Shown here piece after piece: positions 34,357 to 43,072 of a stretch of DNA of 50,071 bases; position 1 is the stretch's first letter, and every line of letters starts with the position of its first letter. Source of the stretch: a virus. The position numbers and the translations under genes are program-made. The stretch covers positions 1 to 50,071 of the IMG/VR virus record IMGVR_UViG_3300001598_000010; one strand, written 5' to 3'. The notes under the pieces are model-generated. The model did not search any database. It was not told the DNA's origin and worked only from the letters and a program-made list of their open reading frames with translations.

Positions 34357-34779
34357 TCAATCCTGAATGTTCCATTCAATCCTTATGTTGGCATAATGTT
34401 GTTTGGAACTGATTTCGCGTATAACTGTGTAGTTGGTTGGATAACTTTTCATCCCAACGATGACGGAAGAACGAATGATTGAAAGAACTTGTTTGGCAAG
34501 GCTGTCAATTCGCGTGCGATCTGCAACGATATCCGCCTTTCCACCAATCTTCATCGGCTTGTCCTGAACATAGATGTTGATGTTGGAAGTGCCGGTTTGC
34601 GGCAACGATTCTTGACCAAGGTCAATCGTATTTACAACGACATCTTCCGCAATCGAATCTGATGGTCTGCCATCACCCGTGTATATCCCGCCATTGTTAT
34701 CAAGCAATGATGGATTCAGGATTTTGGCATTCTTCAACAGACCATAAAGGATTCCGTCAAGTTCGATTGGTGTTTTCAT
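34357..34779 (-). CDS. Tail completion/terminator-like protein (called by position)
   Basis: 140-aa ORF between the neck genes and the major tail gene. Confidence 0.4.
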   Translation of the reverse strand: MKTPIELDGILYGLLKNAKILNPSLLDNNGGIYTGDGRPSDSIAEDVVVNTIDLGQESLPQTGTSNINIYVQDKPMKIGGKADIVADRTRIDSLAKQVLSIIRSSVIVGMKSYPTNYTVIREISSKQHYANIRIEWNIQD

Positions 34780-35267
34780 TCTTCAACAGCTCGTTTGATG
34801 TTGTTAATCAACTGTTCCATCATTTTCGGCAATTCTTCTTTTGCAAGATTCTCCGCACCAGAAAGGACATCACGACCTTTGGATTCCACATAAAGCGCGT
34901 AATTCATTCCGGCAACACACACAAGCGCAATGCCCTCTGTGTCCTTTCCAATGGATTCGCAAAGGTTTTTGCCCGTTTCGCTTCCATTGTATTCCGTTCC
35001 CTCTGGCGGATTGTTGACGGATGGCACTTGTTCAAATGTGGAAGAATGAACCGCCACGCCATCAACGAACACCATATATCCCATCGAAGAACGCAAGTTG
35101 CCGGTCTGGTTGTTGAATCCCTTTTCCGGCGGAACATTGCGTGCATAGGTGATGCACTTTTCCCCAAGAAGCTGCAATCGTGCGATTTGCTTCTTTTGGA
35201 TTTCATCCAGAAAGGCGTTGAAGCGTTTCCGGACATCATCCTGTGTGAATTGTGGGGTTACAGCCAT
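34776..35267 (-). CDS. HK97 gp10-like neck/tail-attachment protein (called by position and weak similarity)
   Basis: 163 aa from the ATG at 35267. The segments TGNLRSSMGY and YALYVE resemble the gp10 family. Confidence 0.45.
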   Translation of the reverse strand: MAVTPQFTQDDVRKRFNAFLDEIQKKQIARLQLLGEKCITYARNVPPEKGFNNQTGNLRSSMGYMVFVDGVAVHSSTFEQVPSVNNPPEGTEYNGSETGKNLCESIGKDTEGIALVCVAGMNYALYVESKGRDVLSGAENLAKEELPKMMEQLINNIKRAVEE

Positions 35268-35596
35268 ATCCGTGTATGAAGTTGTGATGGGTCGCAATTG
35301 AGAACCACTCCGGTTCTACGCACTTCTGCGCCGACCGCATCATTCGTAATCACCACTTTTGCACCAATCGGCACGGATGTGCCTTTGGGCATCTGGATTG
35401 TTGCCGTAACCTTGTGAAGCGTTCCACCAACTTCCACTTCCGCACCGCGACCATCCGGTTCTTCACGACAGATCGAAATGAATTGCCGCAAGACTTCACC
35501 GGTTGTCCAATTACCGTTCACATCCTGAACGGCATTGGCGGTTGTCGTTTCAACGAAAAGATAATGTGGGTATTGCTTCACCATAATCACCACCAA
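35258..35596 (-). CDS. Head-closure / head-tail joining protein (called by position)
   Basis: 112-aa ORF in the neck gene cluster. Confidence 0.4.
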   Translation of the reverse strand: MVVIMVKQYPHYLFVETTTANAVQDVNGNWTTGEVLRQFISICREEPDGRGAEVEVGGTLHKVTATIQMPKGTSVPIGAKVVITNDAVGAEVRRTGVVLNCDPSQLHTRIWL

Positions 35597-35919
35597 TTTG
35601 ATGCGTTACGAACTTTCGGCTTACCAACAAGAACATTTTCCAAACCAAGTTCGTTACAAAGTGCATTGTAAAACATCTTGACCGCATCAATGTTCCAACT
35701 GATAGAATAACCACCCTCTGAAACATTCTGTGTCATCCCTTTGAGGACAACGGAAAAGCGTGAATACACGGCTTTGTCGCAAGGCTTGGTGTCCGTCATC
35801 ACGGCATTGCCATCAAGACCGGCTTTCGCCAGAATGACATCAATGTCATCACTTGACACATTCAAGCCGTTAAGTGATTTGGAAAGATATTCTTTGTTTG
35901 TCATAACCGATTCTTGCAA
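35587..35919 (-). CDS. Head-tail connector/adaptor protein (called by position)
   Basis: 110-aa ORF, the first gene after the major capsid gene. Confidence 0.4.
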   Translation of the reverse strand: MQESVMTNKEYLSKSLNGLNVSSDDIDVILAKAGLDGNAVMTDTKPCDKAVYSRFSVVLKGMTQNVSEGGYSISWNIDAVKMFYNALCNELGLENVLVGKPKVRNASNWW

Positions 35920-35969
35920 AAGACATCCGGGATGATGTTGCCACCATCCCTGATGCCGAAAATTTCAGT

Positions 35970-37076
35970 TTAATTCTTACTCCAAGAAGTGTCGTTGGTC
36001 TGCATAAGGACTGAACGACCGGCAAGATTCCAAGCCGGGAACAGGTTTGCAATGCCCTCTGTAACTTCCTTGATAGGTGATTCCTCTGAATACTTGCGGA
36101 CAAGGGTATGACCGTGCATAACCTTTTCAGCAACCGAACCGGCGGTTTTCTTCGCTTCGATTGGTGCTTTCCAGAAAGTATTTCCAAGAACCTTGGATTC
36201 GCTGAACAGAACCACATCATCTTCGAATGGATTGCCGGTTGTACGGCTTCCATCGGCAAGTTCGATGGTGATGTCCTGGTCAATTACAATGATCTGCAAA
36301 CCCTTGTAAAGTTCTTTCTTCTTTGTCAGGTATGCGTTGACGGTTGCAAGATCTGGTGCATCTTCCACACCGGCAATGTTCTGAACATAAGAAGCGCACT
36401 TCTTCTGAACCTCTGTCTGGCTTGCGAACTTTTCAAAGGTGTCAGGATTCATAAATGCGAACTTGTACTTTGCACCGTAAAGTGACTTACCGAGTTTCAG
36501 CGCGTTCACGAAGTCAACGGTCAAAGGCTTTGCGGAAACGCCGGATGACCAAGATGTCTGAACACCAATCTTCTGATCTGACGGAATCTGGTAGTCAACA
36601 TTGTATTCGGTGACAACGGCTGCGTTGTTGGAGTTGGTGAAAGTGACCTTACCAAGTGAGATTTCACGAAGTGCAATCCACTCTGCGCGGGCGGCAATAC
36701 CATTCCAACAGAACTGTGTGTCCTCTGCCCAGAACTCAACGATTGCTTTCAGATCGGCATCACCTGATGACATTGCGATAAGGATGTCGTATTCATCAAG
36801 TTCATCTTCAAGTTTTTCGCGTGAGATAGACAGCTTTGGAATGTCACCCTGAATGCGTGCGATTGCTTCACGGGTTTTCTTTGGAATGGTTGAACCCCTT
36901 GAAACAAGGTCGGCGGCAATTTTCAAGCCGGCAACGGCTTCAAGGGTTTTCCAAGTAAGGGTCTTGTTCTCTTTAAGCGGGAACAGGGTTGGATAATAGA
37001 ACTCTTTCAGGTCGTACTGACGGATAACCGCCGACATATCCTTTTCGTTCAACCCAACCATCAATGATTTCTGCAT
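35970..37076 (-). CDS. Major capsid protein, lambda gpE-like family
   Basis: 368 aa. The N-terminal pattern FYYPTLFPLKENKTLTWKTLEAVAGLKIAADLVSRGS parallels the gpE N-terminal region. Gene order is scaffold, decoration, capsid. Confidence 0.75.
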   Translation of the reverse strand: MQKSLMVGLNEKDMSAVIRQYDLKEFYYPTLFPLKENKTLTWKTLEAVAGLKIAADLVSRGSTIPKKTREAIARIQGDIPKLSISREKLEDELDEYDILIAMSSGDADLKAIVEFWAEDTQFCWNGIAARAEWIALREISLGKVTFTNSNNAAVVTEYNVDYQIPSDQKIGVQTSWSSGVSAKPLTVDFVNALKLGKSLYGAKYKFAFMNPDTFEKFASQTEVQKKCASYVQNIAGVEDAPDLATVNAYLTKKKELYKGLQIIVIDQDITIELADGSRTTGNPFEDDVVLFSESKVLGNTFWKAPIEAKKTAGSVAEKVMHGHTLVRKYSEESPIKEVTEGIANLFPAWNLAGRSVLMQTNDTSWSKN

Positions 37077-37095
37077 AATACAAAGGGATTAAAGG

Positions 37096-37938
37096 TTAAA
37101 CATAAATGATACCTGAAAGTGCTGACTTGATGGCATCGTTCACGATAGGCGCATTTGCTTCGTGAATAACACCAATCACCCAAGCATCAACGAAAAGGTT
37201 GGAATCGGATTCAACATCCAGATTCGTTCCGGCAACGCAAACTGCGTTCTGACGGGTGACATCGTTGAAAGACTTCTGATTTGATGCGGTCGCACCGGCT
37301 TCACCGGATGCCTTGACAACGATGATTTCATCATCAGCCGCAACATTGACGGAGAATGCGGTCGCAACGGTCACGATGTCGTATGCAGCACCATAAGCAA
37401 TGGCAACAATCTCTGTTCCCACGAACTTGGATGCAGCCTTGCCCGCAATGAAGTCACCGATGGCAAGTTTGTGACCCTTTTTGACTTTCAGGGATGTGCT
37501 TGTTGATGCGGTTGCCGTACCATAAGCAACGGCGGTGTGTTTTGATGATTCAACTGCTACACCCTCAATGCAAGCACCAAGCGCAATGGCGAAATCGAAA
37601 CCGGCGGCAAGGGTGAAAACATCCTTTGCGGAATTTGACTTGTCAATCGCGGTAATCTTGGCAACATTCACACCATCCGGGGTGATGTAGTCATTGACCT
37701 TGAAGTGTGAACCTTTCGCAACTTCAAGCGAAGTTCCGGAAGCGTATGCCGTAATGATCTGGGCGGTCTTGATGACCTCAAACAGACCATTCGCACCCTT
37801 GGCAAGCGGCGTTCCCTCAAACAAGGCATTGCCACCAAGGTTTGCGACTTTGACAGTTACACCACCGGGAATGTCGGCAACGCGGTGAAGAATGCACTTC
37901 ACAACGCGATTGTCGTTCTTTCTTTTGATAGTTAACAT
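37096..37938 (-). CDS. Head decoration-like protein (called by position)
   Basis: 280 aa, Ala/Gly/Val-rich, located between the scaffold and capsid genes as lambda gpD is. Confidence 0.45.
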   Translation of the reverse strand: MLTIKRKNDNRVVKCILHRVADIPGGVTVKVANLGGNALFEGTPLAKGANGLFEVIKTAQIITAYASGTSLEVAKGSHFKVNDYITPDGVNVAKITAIDKSNSAKDVFTLAAGFDFAIALGACIEGVAVESSKHTAVAYGTATASTSTSLKVKKGHKLAIGDFIAGKAASKFVGTEIVAIAYGAAYDIVTVATAFSVNVAADDEIIVVKASGEAGATASNQKSFNDVTRQNAVCVAGTNLDVESDSNLFVDAWVIGVIHEANAPIVNDAIKSALSGIIYV

Positions 37939-37964
37939 ATCAGTCGGAATTTAAGATTTGACAG

Positions 37965-38684
37965 TTAAAGTGACTTCCCGGAAAACTTATCGGTTTCCGG
38001 TTTCTGGCTTGCGATAAAGTCTGCAACGCCCTTTGAAACACCTTGGTCGGTTTTCTGGGCGAACAATGGTGAACCACCACCGGCAAGTTCCCTATCCGCA
38101 AGATTCTGGTTGGCGGCTTCGATGTCTGTTGCCTTTTCGGTCAAGTATTCATTGAATGCTTCATCATCCTTGAACGCCATTCGGTTGAAGTCTTTCAATG
38201 TCTGTGCTTTGAAAGTTTCATCCTTGCAAGCGGCAAGTTTGTCGTTGAGCATTTGAAGCCTTGATTTGGCAAGTCCGTCTGATTCATACTTGGCAAGTTT
38301 TTCTTGAAGCGGTGCAAGATGCTTTTCCAGAAGTGCGCTTAACCTTGAATCATGGTCATCACCACCCTTTCCGCCATCACCACCGTCACCATTGCCGCTT
38401 CCACCATCACCGCCGGGTTCAGTTTTGGTCTTTTCGACAAAGTTGTACTTCTTACGCAAGTTGGTTTCATTGGACTTTACGCCATCGGAAACCTCTTTGT
38501 CAACATCAGCGCGATATTCCTTGGCGAACTCTGCCACTTGCGCATCTGTGAGTTTGCCCACCAATTCTTTCGCTTCATCCTCTGTTGTGCATTGTAGCGC
38601 AAGAACACGCGCCAATGCATTCAAACAATCCTTGCGCACGCCTGAAAATGATGCAATCAGTAATGCTAAAATTGTGTTTCTCAT
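37965..38684 (-). CDS. Scaffolding protein
   Basis: 239 aa from the ATG at 38684. Helical, charged composition with a Gly/Asp-rich linker (GGDGGSGNGDGGDGGKGGDD). It lies upstream of the capsid genes. Confidence 0.55.
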   Translation of the reverse strand: MRNTILALLIASFSGVRKDCLNALARVLALQCTTEDEAKELVGKLTDAQVAEFAKEYRADVDKEVSDGVKSNETNLRKKYNFVEKTKTEPGGDGGSGNGDGGDGGKGGDDHDSRLSALLEKHLAPLQEKLAKYESDGLAKSRLQMLNDKLAACKDETFKAQTLKDFNRMAFKDDEAFNEYLTEKATDIEAANQNLADRELAGGGSPLFAQKTDQGVSKGVADFIASQKPETDKFSGKSL

Positions 38685-38817
38685 TGTGATGTATTTATGA
38701 AGTTTGACAATTAAACGCCACAAATATACAAGTATTACAATGATACACCCTTGAATTTAGCAACTCACATCAAGAAAGTTATTAACATTGACCGAACCGG
38801 TATTTGTGAGATTTCAG

Positions 38818-38862
38818 CGAAATAATTCACGAAATATTTGTTTTTGTCACGAAAAACAAATA
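38818..38862. promoter_or_regulatory. Operator-like elements at the head of the plus-strand accessory island
   Basis: The 17-mer CGAAATAATTCACGAAA (38818-38834) is identical to 13014-13030 in the immunity switch. It abuts an inverted repeat with 11-bp arms TATTTGTTTTT / AAAAACAAATA (38835-38862), whose loop and right arm contain another CACGAAA. Confidence 0.5.
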
Positions 38863-38914
38863 ATATTGCGGTGTATTATTGTGATACCCGTTTAATTTTA
38901 TAATTTCTATTTCT

Positions 38915-39346
38915 ATGGCAAAAGATTCACAAACATCAGTCAGCCTTGCGCCGATGACCAAGGATGAAGAAATTTCCATCATCAAGAAGCTGATGGAACA
39001 CGACACCTATTTCCGGGATGAATTCCGGTATCTGGGTGAAAAGATCTGTGACAACATCCGGTTTGACCGCCCGTTTCTTTTCGACACCGGCTTTGCAAAC
39101 GCAACAACGATTCAGGACTTGAAAGATGATGCGGAAAAGGCGTGGAACGAAGTCAACAACCAGAAGAACATCATTGATGCTTTGCTTGATTACATATTGC
39201 TTTCGTACAAGGAAGATGCAATTTCCAAGGCATACGAACTTCTTGGCGAAAAGGAAGTCATCACGCACAAACTTGCTTTCGGTCACGATCTGACGGATGA
39301 TGACAAACGATTTCTTCTTGTTTCACTTCAAGGCAACAAGGAATGA
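38915..39346 (+). CDS. Hypothetical protein (island gene 1)
   Basis: 143-aa ORF with coding-like composition. Confidence 0.6.
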   Translation: MAKDSQTSVSLAPMTKDEEISIIKKLMEHDTYFRDEFRYLGEKICDNIRFDRPFLFDTGFANATTIQDLKDDAEKAWNEVNNQKNIIDALLDYILLSYKEDAISKAYELLGEKEVITHKLAFGHDLTDDDKRFLLVSLQGNKE

Positions 39347-39741
39347 TGGACAGGAACAGCCGAATAATCGTTGAAGCAATCAAGGATGCGAAACGCATCA
39401 CGATTACCATCAACCCGGATGACAAGCAAGAATGTGTCATCAATCCGAATCCGAACAAGAAGCTGCATCACGACATTGCGCTTGCCGTTCAATCGTTCCT
39501 TATCCAACAGGAATCCGTTGCCAAGACGGAAAGGAAAAGCAAATTCAAAGCCGTTTTCCCAATGAAATACGGTGATATGGCAACAAGATACTATGACCGG
39601 AAGCAAGATGCCATCCGGGTCGCAAAAGAACATCTGAAAGCGTGCGAAACGCCAGATCAAGCCTATGCGGAAGTTTACGAAGTGGAACTTCCAACCCATA
39701 AGTCAAAACTAATCCTTGAATTGTCAAATGCCGAAATGTAA
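39343..39741 (+). CDS. Hypothetical protein (island gene 2)
   Basis: 132-aa ORF with an ATGA overlap with gene 1. Confidence 0.6.
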   Translation: MMDRNSRIIVEAIKDAKRITITINPDDKQECVINPNPNKKLHHDIALAVQSFLIQQESVAKTERKSKFKAVFPMKYGDMATRYYDRKQDAIRVAKEHLKACETPDQAYAEVYEVELPTHKSKLILELSNAEM

Positions 39742-39895
39742 ATCAAAGCCGGTTGCCAAGGCGCATCCGGCGCATTGTTGTATGAATTGCAAGTGGGCAA
39801 CAAATGTTTCTGGTGAAGAAGTGGAATGCCCAAAGGTCATTGGTGGCGAATCATACCTTGGATATGTATGCCGGTTGTTCCGGTTCAAATTTTAG
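39728..39895 (+). CDS. Cys-rich mini-protein (55 aa), below the ORF-track cutoff
   Basis: Hand translation gives MPKCKSKPVAKAHPAHCCMNCKWATNVSGEEVECPKVIGGESYLGYVCRLFRFKF. It contains 7 Cys and ends 9 nt before the radical SAM gene. Confidence 0.4.
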   Translation: MPKCKSKPVAKAHPAHCCMNCKWATNVSGEEVECPKVIGGESYLGYVCRLFRFKF

Positions 39896-39904
39896 CGCAC
39901 GATT

Positions 39905-40810
39905 ATGGCAAACATTGGTCTTGTTGATGTTGACGGTCATAACTTTCCGAACTTCGCCTTGATGAAGATTTCCGCTTTCCACAAGGCAATGGGTGACCGT
40001 GTTGAATGGGCATCACCATTGTTCGGTGCTTATGATCTGGTCTATAAATCCAAAATCTTCACTTTCTCACCGGATGACACAACGCCTTGGAATTGCCCGG
40101 TCATCAAAGGCGGCACGGGTTATGACATCAAAAGCCATCTTCCAGAAGAAATCGAATCATCCAAGAAGATGGATTATTCCATTTATCCGCAATATCCGTT
40201 TTCGGTTCAGTTCCTTTCGCGTGGATGCATCCGCCATTGTCCATTTTGCCTTGTCCGGGAAAAAGAAGGACTTATTCACCCCGTTGACCCGGTTGAACTG
40301 AACCCCAACGGGCAATGGATTGAAGTTCTGGACAACAATTTCTTCGCCAATCCGGAATGGCGCACGGCGGTCAAATACCTGATGAACACCAAGCAACCAA
40401 TCAACTTTCACGGCATTGATGTCCGGATTCTTGATGAAGAACAGGCGTGGTGGTTGAACCGCATCAAGATGCGCGGTGGAATCCATATCGCGTGGGATCT
40501 GCCGAATGTGGACTTGACAGATCGGTTGAAGAATATGGTCAAGTACATCAAGCCTTGGAAGATTGTCTGTTACATTCTGGTTGGATTCAATTCAACCATC
40601 GAACAGGACTTGAAACGGATTTACACTTGCCGTGACCTTGGCATTTCCGCTTGGGTGATGCCGTTCCGGGATTACGAAAACAAGCGTGAACCGACAATGT
40701 ATGAACGGGATCTGCAAAGGTGGGCAAACCGCCCGCAAATCCTAAACAAATGCAACTTTGAGGATTACGAACCCCGCAAGGGTTTCAAATGTGGTAACTA
40801 TCTTAAATAA
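39905..40810 (+). CDS. Radical SAM superfamily enzyme of unknown function
   Basis: 301 aa. The CxxxCxxC cluster SRGCIRHCPFC is encoded at 40226-40249 and is preceded by an N-terminal domain of about 100 aa. Confidence 0.8.
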   Translation: MANIGLVDVDGHNFPNFALMKISAFHKAMGDRVEWASPLFGAYDLVYKSKIFTFSPDDTTPWNCPVIKGGTGYDIKSHLPEEIESSKKMDYSIYPQYPFSVQFLSRGCIRHCPFCLVREKEGLIHPVDPVELNPNGQWIEVLDNNFFANPEWRTAVKYLMNTKQPINFHGIDVRILDEEQAWWLNRIKMRGGIHIAWDLPNVDLTDRLKNMVKYIKPWKIVCYILVGFNSTIEQDLKRIYTCRDLGISAWVMPFRDYENKREPTMYERDLQRWANRPQILNKCNFEDYEPRKGFKCGNYLK

Positions 40811-40817
40811 TAACATT

Positions 40818-41093
40818 ATGAATAAAAAGACATTGGAACAAGGTATCGCGGACATCAAAGAATTGTTCGATGATGCGCTGAAAAATGGCAAGTGGAATGA
40901 TTACAAGTCCGGTAATCAATCTTTTTTCAACGAAAAGGACAACGGTTTCTTCATTGACAAGCGCGTTGTCGAAAGGGATGTGGTGATTCAACGCCTTGTT
41001 GATTATTTCAACCAGAACGAAATTGTTGGACATTGCGTTCAATTGGATTCAATCACGCTTCTGTTCACGACATTCAAAATCATATCCCTATGA
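40818..41093 (+). CDS. Hypothetical protein (island)
   Basis: 91 aa from the ATG at 40818. Confidence 0.5.
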   Translation: MNKKTLEQGIADIKELFDDALKNGKWNDYKSGNQSFFNEKDNGFFIDKRVVERDVVIQRLVDYFNQNEIVGHCVQLDSITLLFTTFKIISL

Positions 41094-41278
41094 CAGCAAA
41101 AGAATTCTTTGACCTTGTGTGCGAAATGCGTGAAGCGCAAATCGCATATCTGAACAAGGGAATCCGGACACGGGGTCAACTTGCAGAAAGCAAGCGTTTG
41201 GAACACCTTGTTGATGCCGAAATCGCACGGGTGAAAAAGCTGACGGAGAACCAACCGACTTTATTTTCAAAACAATAA
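41090..41278 (+). CDS. Hypothetical small helical protein (island)
   Basis: 62 aa from the ATG at 41090 (ATGA overlap with the previous stop). Sequence begins MTAKEFFDLVCEMREAQIAYL... Confidence 0.5.
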   Translation: MTAKEFFDLVCEMREAQIAYLNKGIRTRGQLAESKRLEHLVDAEIARVKKLTENQPTLFSKQ

Positions 41279-41281
41279 TCT

Positions 41282-41895
41282 ATGGACAACAAAATCATCA
41301 TTGGGCGAATGCCCCATTATTTCACCCTCTGGCGGGTGACAAGCACACCGGAAATCACGACCGACAACGGCATCATCGGTGCTTGGATTCATTATGAATT
41401 CATCAAGAACTTTTCAAAGGATGAAGAAAAGGTTCGTTTGTGTTATCCGGATGCCGAAATCGTGGATGATCTGAAACCGGTGGACAAGTTCATCACCCGC
41501 AAATGTGATGCAAGGATAACCGATGATTGCTTCCATTCCGGCAAGTTCATCGGCGAAAGCATTCTTGATTGTTCCGATATGGATTACATCCGCTTTGTCT
41601 TCCCAAGCTGTCACCAATCCAGAAATCGCACGCCATCCGGACACTCAACGAACACGGATATTCAGTCATCGGTGACAACATCCTTTCCGGTGATGATCTG
41701 GAAAGCATCCGGAAGTACCAGGAATTCAAAGAAACGCTTGATGCCGGGCAACCGTTCAACATCTTCTTTGGCACGAACCTGAACCAAGATGGCGAATATG
41801 TTTACAATGGATTCGTGTTTGAATTCAAGGACTATGACCAACACTATAAGGTTGATTGTTACAACTTCGCATCCTGCCGCTTAACCAGAATGTGA
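41282..41895 (+). pseudogene. Hypothetical gene apparently split by a 1-nt frameshift near 41595-41610
   Basis: The frame from 41282 looks coding up to ...DMDYIRFVFP, then becomes low-complexity. The -1 frame (track ORF 41569-41895) looks coding from about KLSPIQKSHAIRTLNEHGYSV but has only a TTG start. The switch point coincides with the run CTTCCCAAG. Confidence 0.45.
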
Positions 41896-42030
41896 AGTTC
41901 ATCAAGGGTCGTGCGTTCCGCGTGACCAAGTACATCAGGACAACCGCCGGTGCAATCATCGAAAGGATGGATGCCATCCAGACCATTGGAAAGAACCCTT
42001 TTAACGGACAATTTTAATACCTTTGCAAAG

Positions 42031-42600
42031 ATGAAGAAAGACATCACAATCCCTGAACTTGCCGAAATGTTTGAATTGTCGGAAGAATTCCTTACCAACT
42101 TGCGTGACCGCATCGTTGACAAGGAAAACTTTGTCAAAGCTGTCCGGATGTTCAATGATGGCGAACTTCCGTACACCGTTGCGACCGGAACGGGTGAAAT
42201 CAACATTGCCGAATTGCGGCACGATCTGGCGGTGAAGAAATTGGCGTTCCGAAACAACGAACAAGAAGAACTGAAACAGGCATTTGAACGCCACAAGGTG
42301 ATAATGGCATATTACGCCACTTGCAAAACCATCCAGAAACGCTTCAAAAGCGGCGTTATTCACCGCGCTTACTTCAAGGATGGACATCTTGTTGCCTTGC
42401 ACAATCAAGCGGGCAATACGGGCGGTTTCTATTGCGCCAAGAACGAAGTGATGGTGTTCCATTGGGAACAAGTGAAACAGTTCCTGTTCAACATCCGCAC
42501 GCAAGACAAGGCGTTCTTCCGGGCAATCAAGAAAGCCGCGTATGCAGAAGAACCGGCAATCTTCGATTTCTCTGACAGAACCATTGTAAAGCATTCATAA
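42031..42600 (+). CDS. Hypothetical protein (island)
   Basis: 189 aa from the ATG at 42031 (MKKDITIPELAEMF...). Confidence 0.55.
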   Translation: MKKDITIPELAEMFELSEEFLTNLRDRIVDKENFVKAVRMFNDGELPYTVATGTGEINIAELRHDLAVKKLAFRNNEQEELKQAFERHKVIMAYYATCKTIQKRFKSGVIHRAYFKDGHLVALHNQAGNTGGFYCAKNEVMVFHWEQVKQFLFNIRTQDKAFFRAIKKAAYAEEPAIFDFSDRTIVKHS

Positions 42601-42601
42601 A

Positions 42602-42802
42602 ATGGCACGAACCAAGAAGATAATCCATCTTGAAATCAATGGCGAAAACCACTATTTCCCAACCATTGCCGCCATCTTCCGGGAATTCACACCGGATGAT
42701 CTGGGCATTGGCAAGGAAGCATTGTGGAATTATGGAATCAAGGAAAACCACCCATTCCAGAACAAGCATTGCATCATCCGGATGGGTGTCATCAACAAAT
42801 AA
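42602..42802 (+). CDS. Hypothetical small protein (island)
   Basis: 66-aa ORF starting 1 nt after the previous stop. Confidence 0.5.
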   Translation: MARTKKIIHLEINGENHYFPTIAAIFREFTPDDLGIGKEALWNYGIKENHPFQNKHCIIRMGVINK

Positions 42803-42807
42803 AATTT

Positions 42808-43068
42808 ATGGCACAACTAAACCCCAAGAAATTATCTGGTGAAGATCTGTTCACCTATTACACGCAAGACCACAACGATGCCGATTACCGTTCAATTGTC
42901 CGGCTTTTGCCGTTGGCGTGTGGTGATATGGAAAAAGCGTTTCGGATTCTTGAACAAACCGTCAAAAATGGCAAAACGCTTTCGATCTGTTATCCGCCAA
43001 AGGAAAGCATCCCTGATGGTGCTGAAATCATTGGGTCTGTTCCTGATGGCGTGATGTATTCTATTTAA
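42808..43068 (+). CDS. Hypothetical small protein (last island gene)
   Basis: 86 aa from the ATG at 42808. Its stop lies 4 nt from the convergent MuF-like gene stop. Confidence 0.5.
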   Translation: MAQLNPKKLSGEDLFTYYTQDHNDADYRSIVRLLPLACGDMEKAFRILEQTVKNGKTLSICYPPKESIPDGAEIIGSVPDGVMYSI

Positions 43069-43072
43069 CCCG

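Noticed and set aside
42018-42025. TACCTTTG box (TAnnTTTG match) inside the island
   Set aside because: It ends only 5 nt before the ATG at 42031, too close to serve as a -7 box for that gene. It is probably a chance match.
42001-42594. 197-aa minus-strand ORF, and ORF 41859-42296
   Set aside because: They are antisense to plus-strand island gene 42031-42600. They are rich in Phe/His/Cys/Arg, as is typical for antisense frames, and would break the island's uniform orientation.
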